A stretch of 64,000 bases of DNA. Origin: Eledone cirrhosa. Its lineage: Eukaryota. The notes below the pieces were generated by a model that was given only the letters and a program-made list of their open reading frames with translations, ran no database searches and had not been told where the DNA came from. The stretch spans positions 20,336,001 to 20,400,000 of the forward strand of contig OZ024762.1 of NCBI GenBank assembly GCA_964016885.1. The letters run 5' to 3'. The position numbers and the translations under genes were made by a program. Below, piece by piece: positions 42,165 through 55,361 of the stretch; within the stretch, counting starts at the first letter, position 1; the number at the start of each line of letters is the position of its first letter.

Positions 42165-43147
42165 CTGGAAAATAGAAATATCACAAAATTAAGTTTATAA
42201 ATTGTGATGGTGAGTAGGGGTGGTGGTGTTGGGGAGAGAAAAAACATGGAAAAACATGAAAAGTAAAACGGTTTAACCCTTAGCACACTAGAAATTTTTA
42301 ACCTTTAGCATGCTAGAAATTTTAAAGAATTGCTTCCATTGAAACTGCATTTAGTAAAAGTCTTTGAAACTGCATGTATAAAGGGGAGGTTACTCTATTG
42401 GCGCCTTATGTCGCCTAGAGCGTGCTAAAGATTAACAGAATTATCTAGTCCTGAATCATCTAGTCCAGAATCATCTAGTTGGTAGAGCTAACACACTGAT
42501 TAGATGACCAGTTAAACACCCCTGCCTGGTCCTAGGCAGAGCCCACCTTCCCTCTCTCAATTTTTTTTTTTTTCGAGAGAGAGAGAATGAGAGAGTGAGT
42601 GAGAGTTAGTGAGAGAGAGAATGCGCGAAAGCGAGAGAGTTAGTGAGAAAGAGAGACAGTGAGTGAGTGAGTGAGAAAGAGAGACAAAGAACCAATCTCA
42701 GTACTGGACTGGTACTTTACTTTATTGACATCGGAAGGGTGAAAGTCAAAGTTAACTTTGGCAGGATTTGATCTCAGCAGATAGAAAACTGGAACAAATA
42801 CAGCAAAGCATTCTGTTTGACACACTAACAACTCCACCAATCCACTACCTTGTCAGTGTGGTAATGCTGAACCTCCCTGAGAACTACATTAAGAGTGTGC
42901 ACGTCTGTGGAATGCTCAGCGACTTACACGTTTATATCACAAGCAGGCTGTTACGTTGAATGTATCAACTGGAACACTGGTCATTGTAGCTGATGGCATG
43001 CCAGTTATAGTTATACAGTCACACAGTGTGGTAATAAACTCTCAAGGGCGCTGGACAGCAGAAGGTCTTCAGAGAAGAACCCCACAGTCAAGCAAGTGTT
43101 TCAGCCCTTAACACTTAGGAGAAGACAGGGCCGATCTATTTACCTAG

Positions 43148-43615
43148 AGATTAGCTGGCTGTTCTTCATATCAGCCAATCAGATTGCTTCTTGCATATCT
43201 AGGACTTTCAATGGCGGCTTCTACAATAGATGGCTCAGGGCCCAAGGCTGATCTATTGGCCCAATGATACAAGCCACAAGATTAGCTGGCTGGTCTTCAT
43301 ACCACCCAATCAGATTGCTTCTTGCATATCTGGGACTTTCAATGGCGGCTTCTACAATAGATTGCTCAGGGCCCAGGGCTGATCTATCGGCCCAATGATA
43401 CAAGCCACAAGATTAGCTGGCTGGTCTTCATACCACCCAATCAGATTGCTTCTTGCATATCTGGGACTTTCAATGGCGGCTTCTACAATAGATTGCTCAG
43501 GGCCCAAGGCTGATCTATTGGCCCAATGATACAAGCCACAAGATTAGCTGGCTGGTCTTCATACCACCCAATCAGATTGCTTCTTGCACATCTGGGTCTT
43601 TCAATGGCAGCTTCC
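43148..43615. repeat. 131-bp tandem repeat (~3.5 copies)
   Basis: Period 131 (43221 to 43352); each unit has ccaatcag and tcaatggcggc. Confidence 0.92.
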
Positions 43616-43682
43616 ATGATGGTTTGCTGTGTTCTGTGATTTATTTATCATAAACTTTATTTTTTAGAATTTTTTTTTTTAA

Positions 43683-44465
43683 ATAATGGTTTCTGTTATA
43701 GGCACAAGGCCAGCAATTTTTGGGGAGGAGAAAGTCGATCAAATCGACCCCCAGTGCATTACTGGTGCTTTATTTTATCGACGCCCGTAGGGATGAAAGG
43801 CAAAGCTAACCTCAGCGGGATTTGAACATATAACACGAAGGGTCGTAACTCAATGCCACGACGAAGCCTATTCTCCGCCGCTCTACCGATTCTGTCAATC
43901 CACCACACTTTTTTTAAATAATTGTTTCTACTTTAGGCACAAGGCCAGCAATTTACCCAGTGCATTACTGGTACTTTATTTTATCGACCCCGTAATGGAT
44001 GAAAGGCAAAGTCAACCTCGGCGGGATTTGAACTCAGATCGTAAAGGGACGTAACTATGCTGGAAAGTATGGCGTCCGACCCTCTACCGATAGATAATAA
44101 TTGTTTCTACTTTAGGCACAAGGCCAGCAATTACCCAGTGCATTACTGGTACTTTATTTTATCGACCCCGTAAGGATGAAAGGCGAAGTCAACCTCGGCG
44201 GGATTTGAACTCAGATCGTAAAGGGACGTAACTATGCTGGAAAGTATGGCGTCCGACCCTCTACCGATAGATAATAATTGTTTCTACTTTAGGCACAAGG
44301 CCAGCAATTACCCAGTGCATTACTGGTACTTTATTTTATCGACCCCGTAAGGATGAAAGGCAAAGTCAACCTCGGCGGGATTTGAACTCAGATCGTAAAG
44401 GGACGTAACTATGCTGGAAAGTATGGCGTCCGACCCTCTACCGATACTGCCAATCCACCGCCCTA
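43683..44465 (-). mobile_element. SINE-B cluster, including a ~180-bp-period tandem triplet (43919-44465)
   Basis: Repeated family-B core. Confidence 0.85.
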
Positions 44466-44988
44466 CACTTTTTTTAAATAATGGCATGCCCTCTGTAGGA
44501 CTTGTGAAAAGGGCTCTGCCTCGAAATGGTTCACTATTCTCATATAATATACACCAGTCAATAAGATATAAGAACCAAGTTATTTGTATTAAGTCAATGA
44601 CTATGTTTAGTAAAAGTCAAAACTGTTTTCTAACAAAATACATTAATTCCAGAGAATGGTGTTATTCTATTATGATGTCTGCTATATTATTTTATATACT
44701 TTCCATTCAATATTGACAGCTAGAGCGGGGTGGTGTGGTAGTGGTGTCGTGGTGTGGTGTGGTAGTGGTAGTGGTGTCATGGTGTGGTGGTATGGTGTGG
44801 TGGTGGTGGTGTGGTGTAGTCGGGTGGCAAGGAAGACGATTGGCTTTGGTTTAACTAAAGTTGGTTAAAGTTTTCCACATAAATAAACATTCAAAAATAG
44901 ACTATACTTTGAAATTTGTCAGAAATATATCAATTTAGCTTGTCTTCATATTGCAGTCTCTCCAAGTTGTTGTCATCTCTTCTACCCA

Positions 44989-45059
<71 letters not shown>

Positions 45060-45067
45060 GTATATAT

Positions 45068-45270
45068 AACGAAGGAAATGTGGTAAGGAACCAGATGGAC
45101 CATAACGCACCAAAGTACTCAATACTTAGGGTAGTAGAGTGGGTAATAGGAACCAGTAAGACCCCGACGGCTGAGCTCAAGCCGTTTCGACGGTTAATTC
45201 TGGACTCTGAGTCCAGAATTAGCCGTCGAAACGGCTTGAGCTCAGCCATCGGGGTCTTACTGGTTCCTAT
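45068..45270 (+). mobile_element. Hairpin element in (TA)n: ~78-bp arm plus ~62-bp-stem terminal hairpin (45146-45270)
   Basis: ataggaaccagtaagaccccgacggctgagctcaagccgtttcgacgg...gactc-t-gagtc...ggttcctat; near-identical reverse copy at 61684-61882. Confidence 0.85.
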
Positions 45271-45304
45271 ATGTATATATATATATATATGCGTATATAT
45301 ATAT

Positions 45305-45646
45305 GGAGGCATATGGCTTAGTGGTTAGAGCATTGGCCTTGCAATCGAAAGGTTGTGAGTTCAATTCTCAGACCGGGTGATGGGTTGTTTCCTTGAGCAA
45401 GACACTTTATTTCACATTGCTCCAGTTTACTCAGCTGTAGAAATGAGATGATAGGGACTGGGTTCCCTATCATTCCACTGCAAAGTGGTCGTGGAGGTGC
45501 CATGGCAAAAAAAGCACCCACCACTCACTGTAAATGAGGTTGGTGTTAGGAAGGGCATCCAGCTGTAGAAATCAAGCCAGAATCAGTTCCCGTCCCACCC
45601 TTGCAAGCAGGGAAAAGCGGACGTAAAATGAAATGATGATGATGAT
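45305..45646 (+). mobile_element. Full-length tRNA-derived SINE family A with an RTE-derived tail; also at 39100(+), 48634-48976(+), 50536-50878(-), 46968-47191(-)
   Basis: A box tggcttagtggttaga, B box gagttcaattc, core tccttgagcaagacactttatttcac; the tail matches the RTE end at ~56340-56400. Confidence 0.9.
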
Positions 45647-46032
45647 TATATATGTCTACATATATATATAAAGTGGACATGTAGGCGCCACGGAAAAATA
45701 AAGCACTCAACACTCACTGTAAATGAGGTTGGTGTTAGGAAGGGCATCCAACTGTAGAAATCAAGCCAGAATCAGTTCCCATATGAGCAAGACAAGGTCA
45801 GCTGACCGGACACTGCCCACAACAGGACAACCCATCTAACCCATGCTAGCGTGAAAGAACGGATGTAAAATGGTGATAATGATGATGATAGATATTTATA
45901 TATGCATATATATATGTATCATCATCTTCGTTTAATGTCTATCTTCCACGCCAGCATGGGTTAGACTGGTGTATATATATATATACATATATATATACAC
46001 ATATATATATACACACACCCATATATATATAT

Positions 46033-46403
<371 letters not shown>

Positions 46404-46548
46404 TATATGCACATATATATATTTGCATATATATATATATATATGTGTGTGTGTTAGGTAATTCCGAAGGAAAAACAAAGGAAAAAAGAGTGCTCTATGT
46501 ATAAAACAGAGCTATTTAATTAGAAAGTGAACAACACAAAATATAACT

Positions 46549-46618
46549 ACTCCATTACCAAATGTTTCTGGATCCGAGACAATATTAATATATGTCTGGA
46601 TTGTTCATCAGGCAGAGT
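46549..46618 (-). ncRNA. Hammerhead ribozyme motif (third variant)
   Basis: actctgc-CTGATGA-long stem II (atccagaca...tgtctcggat)-GAAAC-atttg-GTA-atggagt; base of stem II imperfect. Confidence 0.5.
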
Positions 46619-46627
46619 TGTTATGAG

Positions 46628-46725
46628 TGGAAAATATGAAATGAGATTTAAAATCTGTTAAAATTTGGAAGTGAGGCTCACTTCCAATTTTTAACAGATT
46701 TTAAATCTCATTTCATATTTTCCAC
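46628..46725. repeat. Near-perfect ~48-bp-arm hairpin
   Basis: gtggaaaatatgaaatgagatttaaaatctgttaaaa..ggaagtgag-g-ctcacttcc..aacagattttaaatctcatttcatattttccac. Confidence 0.92.
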
Positions 46726-46965
46726 AGAGGAGACTGAGGTTAGCTGGACATGCTCACCGACATCCAGAGTTGACACTACACTCAGTGCTCCTGTGGGAAC
46801 CCCTGCATGGACACACTGGAAGAGGAAGACCGAGGTTAACATATGTTGATGCTCTAAGGAATATACACTGGTCTGTTGGTGGAGACGCAGGACATGGCAG
46901 CGATGATGAGGGACAGAGACCGCTGGAGAGAACTCGTCCATGGATCTCGGGATTTTACCCACCCT
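46722..46965 (+). mobile_element. RTE/RTEX-like LINE 3' fragment
   Basis: RRLRLAGHAHRHPELTLHSVLLWEPLHGHTGRGRPRLTYVDAL; homologous to 52121-52415(-). Confidence 0.8.
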
Positions 46966-47285
46966 ATCATTTCATTCATTTCATTTCATTTTACGTCTGG
47001 TTTTTCCCTGCTTGCAAGGGTGGGACGGGAACTGATTCTGGCTTGAGTTCTACAGCTGGATGCCCTTCCTAACACCAACCTCATTTACAGTGAGTGCTGG
47101 GTGCTTTTTTGCCGTAGCACCTCCACGACCACTTTGCAGTGGAATGATAGGGACTGGGGTCCCTATCATCTCATTTCTACAGCTGAGTAAACAATATATA
47201 TATATATATATATATAAATATATATATATATTGTCTAACCCATCCTGGAGTGGAAAAATGCTGAAGTTAAATGGTGATCATTGAT

Positions 47286-47595
47286 CAAATCCTGCCGAGA
47301 TTAACTTTGCCTTTCATCCTTACGGGGTCGATAAAATAAAGTACTGGGTAATTGCTGGCCTTGTGCCAAAAGTAGAAACAATTATTATCTCTATATAAGG
47401 GCGGTGGATTGGCAGTATAGGTAGAGGGTCGGACGCCATGCTTTTACATATAGAGTTATGGCCCTTGCCATTCTGAGTTCAAATCCCGCCGAGGTTAGCT
47501 TTGCCTTTCATCCTTACGGGGTCGATATAATAAAGTACCAGTAATGTACTGGGTAATTGCTGGCCTTGTGCCAAAAGTAGAAACAATTATTATCT
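47286..47595 (+). mobile_element. SINE-B partial plus full copy
   Basis: Family-B core. Confidence 0.85.
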
Positions 47596-47811
47596 ATATA
47601 TAATGATGATGATGATATTGATGACAAGACAATGATGATGATGGTGATCATCATCATCATCATCATCACCATCATCATCATTGATGACAAAACAAACAAA
47701 AGCAGTTCATAGATGTGTGTATATTAACTTATATACGAGGTACAATGTATATTGTACCTCGTATATCAGTTAATATACACACATGTTAGTCTTCAAATTT
47801 ATTATTATTAC

Positions 47812-47844
<33 letters not shown>

Positions 47845-47855
47845 CACATACATAC

Positions 47856-47886
<31 letters not shown>

Positions 47887-48056
47887 AATACATATATACA
47901 CAAATACATTTACACATTCACATATTTGCACACACACAAATATATATGTATATATATATATATACACATACATACATTTACACACACACACACACACAAA
48001 TACATATATACACAAATATATTTACACATTCACATATTTGCACACACACACAAATA

Positions 48057-48094
<38 letters not shown>

Positions 48095-48249
48095 CATACA
48101 TTTACACACACACACACACAAACAAATACATATATACACAAATACATTTACACATTCACATTCACATATTTACACACACACACACACAAATATATATATA
48201 CACACATATGCACTCGCATATCTACACATACATACATACGCACATATCT

Positions 48250-48356
<107 letters not shown>

Positions 48357-49684
48357 CACACTCTCACTCACATATTTACACAGACAGAGACACATATCAT
48401 ATGACACATATCATATGACTGAACCCAGCCTGTGTGACACTTTCATCCACATATTTACTCTAAAACAATAGTTTTTAACTTCATCAGCTATGTATTATTT
48501 TCCTAAAGTTTACTTGTGTGTTTGTTTGTTTGTTTACATCTATTTATTTCTATTTTGTTTTTACTACAATGTTTGTTTTGTTGGAAATGTGCCCTCAATG
48601 TTTTTGCTTAGTTTTCTTATATAATATAATAGTGGAGGCACATGGCTTAGTGGTTAGAGCATTGGCCTTGCAATCGAAAGGTTGTGAGTTCAATTCTCAG
48701 ACCGGGTGGTGTGTGTTGTTTCCTTGAGCAAGACACTTTATTTCACATTGCTCCAGTTTACTCAGCTGTAGAAATGAGATGATAGGGACTGGGGTCCCTA
48801 TCATTCCACTGCAAAAGTGGTCGTGTAGGTGCCACGGCAAAAAAGCACCCAGCACTCACTGTAAATGAGGTTGGTGTTAGGAAGGGCATCCAGCTGTAGA
48901 AATCAAGCCAGAATCAGTTCCCGTCCCACCCTTGCAAGCAGGGAAAAGCGGACGTAAAATGAAATGATGAATGATGAATTGTTTCTACTTTTGGCACAAG
49001 GCCAGCAATTACCCAGTACTTTATTTTATCGACCCCGTAAGGATGAAAGGCAAAGTTAACCTCAGTTAGATTTGAACTCAGTCCGTAAAGAGACGTAACT
49101 ATGCTGGAAAGCATGGCGTCTGACTCTCTACCGATACTGCCAATTCACCACCCCTTATTTTCTTATATAATAACTCAGTGTCAGTGTTTTATTAAACATA
49201 ACACTTTACCATTTACACTACTCTATATTTACTATTGTATTTCTGTGGCAAAGTCTTTATCTTACAGAATTATGCCGCATAATATAGAATCTATGAGATT
49301 TTGAGATTTTTTGTTTTGAGAACAATACCTTTACATCAGTATGAGCAGCCAAATACAGCCGGTTTAAACAGAAAGAGGTGAGAAAATTCTGGCCAGATAC
49401 AGCCGGTATAAACGCTAAAGAGTTAATCTTGAATATCTGCTAGTAACATTATATACATATACATGTATATATATAAGTTTATCCTGGGTTCATTCGAAGT
49501 TAACCAAAGTAAGTAAGACTCAATACATAGCAGAGTATAAATATTTAATATAGAAATGGCTTCTACAGGACTAGAACTGTTTCATTGAGTATATATCTAT
49601 ATATATATATATATATATCCAGGTGAAACTTGAACCGTTAAGGTCTCATTCCTGGATATGTCACTATTTATAAAACAAACTTTG

Positions 49685-49745
49685 TATTTTATCTGATGAA
49701 GACGCACCAAAGTTTTGATACCCTTGAAATATATATAATAGAATA
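49685..49745 (+). ncRNA. Minimal hammerhead motif, same family as 20365
   Basis: Stem I UAUUUUAU/AUAGAAUA; CUGAUGA at 49693; GAAA at 49726; AUAUAUAU stem III; weak stem II. Confidence 0.55.
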
Positions 49746-50122
49746 AATATGGTTTTATAAATATAGTTTCCATTTATTAATATCATTGATATATATATAT
49801 ATATATATATGTAAATGTGGTTGGTGTTAGGAAGGGCATCCAGCTGTAGAAAACCCGCCAGACAATCCTATGCGAGCAAGACAACCACTCTTGCCTCAAG
49901 TGAGAAAACTCCCGTCCAAACCCATGCAAGCGTGGAACATGGACGTTAAACGATGATGATGATGATGATGATGATATACATATACATATATATACATATA
50001 TATATATATATATATTTATTAAAATAACAGATTAAAGTTTAAGCAAAGAATCGCTGCTTATCGAGCCCTCTTTGGATTTTAGTCTTCAAATTTATTATTA
50101 TTACTATATATATATATATATA

Positions 50123-50154
<32 letters not shown>

Positions 50155-50187
50155 CATGATATACAGTTGCATATATATATATGATAT

Positions 50188-50526
50188 ATAGTTGCCCCCA
50201 CCCCCTCCCAGTATTCACGGGAGTTATGTTCCTAGAGCACACGTGAAAAGTGAAAAACCACGAATATTGGATGTGGTCCATAAAAATGCCTATAAATATC
50301 AAAACATAACGTAAAATATAGGCCGACAAATAGTGTATAATGTTAATAATTTAGCATTTAAAAGCGTGAAAAAATATATATATTGCTATGACAAAAAGCC
50401 ATGAAAAAATCGCGGAAGATATTTACGATTCTGCGAATATGATGTGGTTATCACGAACAATTATTAGTTAGGTTCTAAGGGAAATTCTGTGAATAACCTG
50501 GACCGTAATGTCAGGGGTACACTGTA
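50188..50526 (+). mobile_element. Tigger/pogo-type MITE relic
   Basis: tagttgccccc...gtattcacgggagttatgttcc start and ggggtacactgta end. Confidence 0.55.
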
Positions 50527-51064
50527 TGTATATATCATCATCATCATCATCATCATTTTACGTCCACTTTTCCCTGCTTGCAAGGGTGGGACGGGAACTG
50601 ATGCTGGCTTGATTTCTACAGCTGGATGCCCTTCCTAACACCAACCTCATTTACAGTGAGTGCTGGGTGCTTTTTTGCCGTGGCACCTCCACGACCACTT
50701 TACAGTGGAATGATAGGGACCCCATTCCCTATCATCTCATTTCTACAGCGGAGTAAACTGGAGCAATGTGAAATAAAGTGTCTTGCTCAAGGAAACAACA
50801 CATCACCCGGTCTGAGAATTGAACTCACAACCTTTCGATTGCAAGGCCAATGCTCTAACCACTAAGCCACGTGCCTCCATATATATATATATTTATTAAA
50901 ATAACAGATTAAAGTTTAAGCAAAGAATCGCTGCTTTCACCCTTAACGGGATCTTCTGAAACTAACAAAGTCAATCTGTGAACGCAGAAGTGAATATTTC
51001 AAAAAATGTTGCAACTGGAGGAAGACAGGAAGACAAACTTTGGTTCATGGAAACGTTCTTACTA

Positions 51065-51102
<38 letters not shown>

Positions 51103-51183
51103 AAAGAATAGAGGTGTAACACACAAGTTATTATATATTGGTAAACGGAATAGAAAATGCTGACAAATTGTTCACAGTTGAAA

Positions 51184-51395
51184 AATGGTTTAATTAGGAA
51201 TAAAAGAGTATTAGTAATTGTATGGGTTAGTTTTAAGTTTTTATGTTTTTACCGGTTGCGCATTTCTAAATGCTTTTCAAAAATAATTTTGAGATAGAGT
51301 GTCTGCGCAACCGGTAAAAACTTAAAAACTTAAAACCACAACTGAATACTAACCCATACAATTACTAATACTCTTTTATTCCTAATTAAACCATT
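51184..51395. repeat. Inverted repeat (~85-bp arms, 12-bp indel, ~40-bp spacer); MITE/fold-back-like
   Basis: aatggtttaattaggaataaaagagtattagtaattgtatgggttag...accggttgcgca / tgcgcaaccggt...ctaacccatac...aattaaaccatt. Confidence 0.9.
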
Positions 51396-51690
51396 GCAAA
51401 GTTATGTTGGTGCCACAACATCCAGGCCGAAACAAATGTGATCGTGTAGGTGTCACGACAAAAAAACACACAGTCCATGCTGTAATGTGGCCGTGTAGGC
51501 AACACGGTAAAAACCTCCCAGCCCCACACTGTAAATGTGGTTGGTGTTAGGAAGGGCATCCAACTGTAGAAAACCCGCCAGACAGTCCTATGCGAGCAAG
51601 ACAACCACTCTTGCCTCAAGTGGGAAAACCCCCGTCCAAACCCATGCAAGCGTGGAACACGGACATTAAACGATTATGATGATGATGATG

Positions 51691-51733
<43 letters not shown>

Positions 51734-52120
51734 GCACTAACACATATATATATACACATACCATACATTTACATTCAGACATACATTCACATCGATTCCT
51801 GGACAGGGTGATGCGTTAAGTCCTTGAGCAAGACACTTTATTTCACGTTGCCCCTTCTACCTGGAGTTGCGACCGATAGATAGTACTAGCAACTGGAAAG
51901 ACTGACGAAAACATTGTTTCCTCGGTCCGATTTCATGAAAGTCGATCGATCCTTTTTACATTCACACACCCATCTACATACACACACATATATATATATA
52001 TCATCATCATCATCATCATCACCGTTTTACGTCCGTTCTTCCACGCTAGCATGGGTTAGACGGGTTGTCTGGTCGGCTGACCATGCCTTGCTCATACAGG
52101 AACTGTATATATCTATCTAT

Positions 52121-52513
52121 CTAAGGCAGGTAAAATTCCCGAGATCCATGGACGAGTTCTCTCCAGCGGTCTCTGTCCCTCATTATCGCTGCCATGTCCT
52201 GCGTCTCCAACAGACCAGTGTCTGTCCTTAGGGCATCAACATACGTTAACCTTGGTCTTCCTCTTCTAGTGTGTCCATGTAGGGGCTCCCAAAGGAGTAC
52301 TGAGTGCAATGTCAACTCTGGATGTCGGTGAGCATGTCCAGCCAACCTCAGTCTCCTCTGTGTCACATTTGAGCTGACTTTTGGGATGCTCTCATACAGC
52401 TCTGAGTTTTTCATCCTCAGTGTATACTGATTAATGTTCAGAGCCATCCTCAGTGTATACTGATTAATGTTCAGAGCCATCCTCAGTGTATACTGATTAA
52501 TGTTCAGAGCCAC
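52121..52513 (-). mobile_element. RTE/RTEX-like LINE 3' fragment with a 33-bp triplication at its 5' junction
   Basis: ELYESIPKVSSNVTQRRLRLAGHAHRHPE...DRDRWRELV; (YTLRMALNINQ)x3 at 52412-52513. Confidence 0.85.
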
Positions 52514-52735
52514 TGTATATATATATATTTGAATTCAGACACACATATTCACATACACAAAAGCAAACTTATTCAAACATAGACATATATATATACACAC
52601 ACTAACAAAGACTGCTAAATTGAACCACCCAATATAGAAATAGTGGGTTAAAAATACTCTTTATACAACTATTTCAACATTTCAAGCAACACTGGACAAA
52701 AGAGTCACACAAATTACTTTGAGTTAATATATATA

Positions 52736-52794
<59 letters not shown>

Positions 52795-52996
52795 GGTATC
52801 CCAAAAATGTATATACACGTCAACACCATTCTAATAGGTGTGTATACATTTTTTGGAACACTCTGTATATATATATATACATATATGTTTATATATAAAC
52901 TATTTATATATATATATATATGTGTGTGTGTATGTGCGTGTGTATATATATATATATCTATATATATATCTACATATGTATATATATGAATACATA

Positions 52997-54172
52997 GGGT
53001 TAACTACACTGTCAGAATATAGAGTATAACAGCTGTTTAGGGTGGTGGGTTAACTACACTGTCAGAATATAGAGTATAACAGCTGTTTAGGGTGGTGGGT
53101 TAACTACACTGTCAGAATATAGAGTATAACAGTTGTTTAGGGTGGTGGGTTAACTACACTGTCAGAATATAGAGTATAACAGCTGTTTAGGGTGGTGGGT
53201 TAACTACACTGTCAGAATATAGAGTATAACAGCTGTTTAGGACAGTGGGTTAACTACACTGTCAGAATATAGAGTATACCAGTTGTTTAGGGTGGTGGGT
53301 TAACTACACTGTCAGAATATAGAGTATAACAGTTGTTGAGGGTGGTGGGTTAACTACACTGTCAGAATATAGAGTATAACTGCTGTTTAGGACAGTAGGT
53401 TAACTACACTGTCAGAATATAGAGTATAACTGCTGTTTATGACAGTGGGTTAACAACACTGTCAGAATATAGAGTATAACAGCTGTTTATGACAGTGGGT
53501 TAACTACACTGTCAGAATATAGAGTATAACAGCTGTTTAGGACAGTGGGTTAACAACACTGTCAGAATATAGAGTATAACAGCTGTTTAGGACAGTGGGT
53601 TAACTACACTGTCAGAATATAGAGTATAACAGTTGTTTAGGGTGGTGGGTTAACTACACTGTCAGAATATAGAGTATAACAGCTGTTTAGGGTGGTGGGT
53701 TAACTACACTGTCAGAATATAGAGTATAACAGCTGTTTAGGACAGTGGGTTAACTACACTGTCAGAATATAGAGTATACCAGTTGTTTAGGGTGGTGGGT
53801 TAACTACACTGTCAGAATATAGAGTATAACAGTTGTTGAGGGTGGTGGGTTAACTACACTGTCAGAATATAGAGTATAACTGCTGTTTATGACAGTGGGT
53901 TAACAACACTGTCAGAATATAGAGTATAACAGCTGTTTATGACAGTGGGTTAACTACACTGTCAGAATATAGAGTATAACAGCTGTTTAGGACAGTGGGT
54001 TAACAACACTGTCAGAATATAGAGTATAACAGCTGTTTAGGACAGTGGGTTAACTACACTGTCAGAATATAGAGTATAACAGTTGTTTAGGGTGGTGGGT
54101 TAACTACACTGTCAGAATATAGAGTATAACAGCTGTTTAGGACAGTGGGTTAACTACACTGTCAGAATATAG
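52997..54172. repeat. 50-bp minisatellite, ~23 copies (gggttaactacactgtcagaatatagagtataacagctgtttagggtggt)
   Basis: Exact 50-bp period with ggtggt/gacagt variants. Confidence 0.97.
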
Positions 54173-54708
54173 AAAATGGTAGAGTATGGCAGCTGTATAT
54201 AGGTGGTGGGGTGGGTTAACTGGAGGTGCTGGCACAATACTAACACAAAGTAAACCACAATGTATGTGGAAGCTATGTAAATACTTGGGTCAACCTCCTC
54301 ACTTCCGATCAACTCCGATCGCCTCCTTACTTCTAGTCAATTCCGATCACCGCAATAGAAAAGTCAGTGTTTACAGCACTAAATATTGTGACATATACAA
54401 AACTCAATAGCATTTTATCAACACCAAACCACCCCCACCCCCCCAAAAAACCCCACAAAAGAACAACAACCACAATAACAACAAAAACAATAACACCCTG
54501 TCCCCTTCCTCAAGAATCTGTGTAGTTTTGTTTTGAAGAGTCAGGATAACAACCTCAGGCTTTGTGTTTTGTTATAAACCCATTAAATTTTTAACCAACC
54601 CAATACCAAACATCACTATTTTTAATGGTGACCTTTGCCAAAATTCACAAAAGCAAAAGTTTCCAAAACATTTCTTGGCTTAGAAAAGATTGTTGTTGCT
54701 ATTATTAC

Positions 54709-54747
<39 letters not shown>

Positions 54748-54924
54748 CATTATTATTTCATTTATCTTGTTTTATGTTCATACGAGTTATCACAAAACCA
54801 CAACCAGTGACCTCAAGAGACAAGGTCTGCCATGTTCAAGAAAACACACACACACACATACACACATGTATCTTTAGGTGTTTACACTTGTGATATAATT
54901 ATATCGAAAGAATTTTCCTTAGTA

Positions 54925-55112
54925 TATATGGGCATTAGTACTATCTTTTGTATTTCATTTATACATGGGTTTCCTGGGATTTGGAATAAGCAATCATTAG
55001 ACCCCTTAGATATCATTCCTAGAGCACCTACAACCACTGGTATTGTTTTAGCCCTCAACTTCCACATTTTTCCAATCTCTATTTCCAGGTCTTCATATTT
55101 GCTCAATTCTTC
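54925..55112 (-). mobile_element. R4/Dong-like REL-endonuclease C-terminal fragment
   Basis: LSKYEDLEIEIGKMWKLRAKTIPVVVGALGMISK...EIQKIVL, the K-x-KY...W...PVVVGALG signature; adjacent to (TAA)n. Confidence 0.8.
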
Positions 55113-55361
55113 AATTATTATAATTATTATTAATATCGGTGAATTGGCAGTATCGGTAGAGGGTCGGACACCATGCTTTGACACACAGAGTTACAGCCCT
55201 TACCATTCATCATCATCATCATCATCATCATCATTTTACGTGTTCAAATCCCGCCGAGGTTAACTTTGCCTTTCATCCTTACTTGGTCGATAAAATAAAG
55301 TACCAGTAATGTACTGGGTAATTGCTGGCCTTGTGCCACAAGTAGAAACAATTATTAGTAT

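Noticed and set aside
45305-45380. tRNA gene
   Set aside because: A/B boxes are present, but the sequence continues into a multi-copy SINE body and has no proper acceptor stem.
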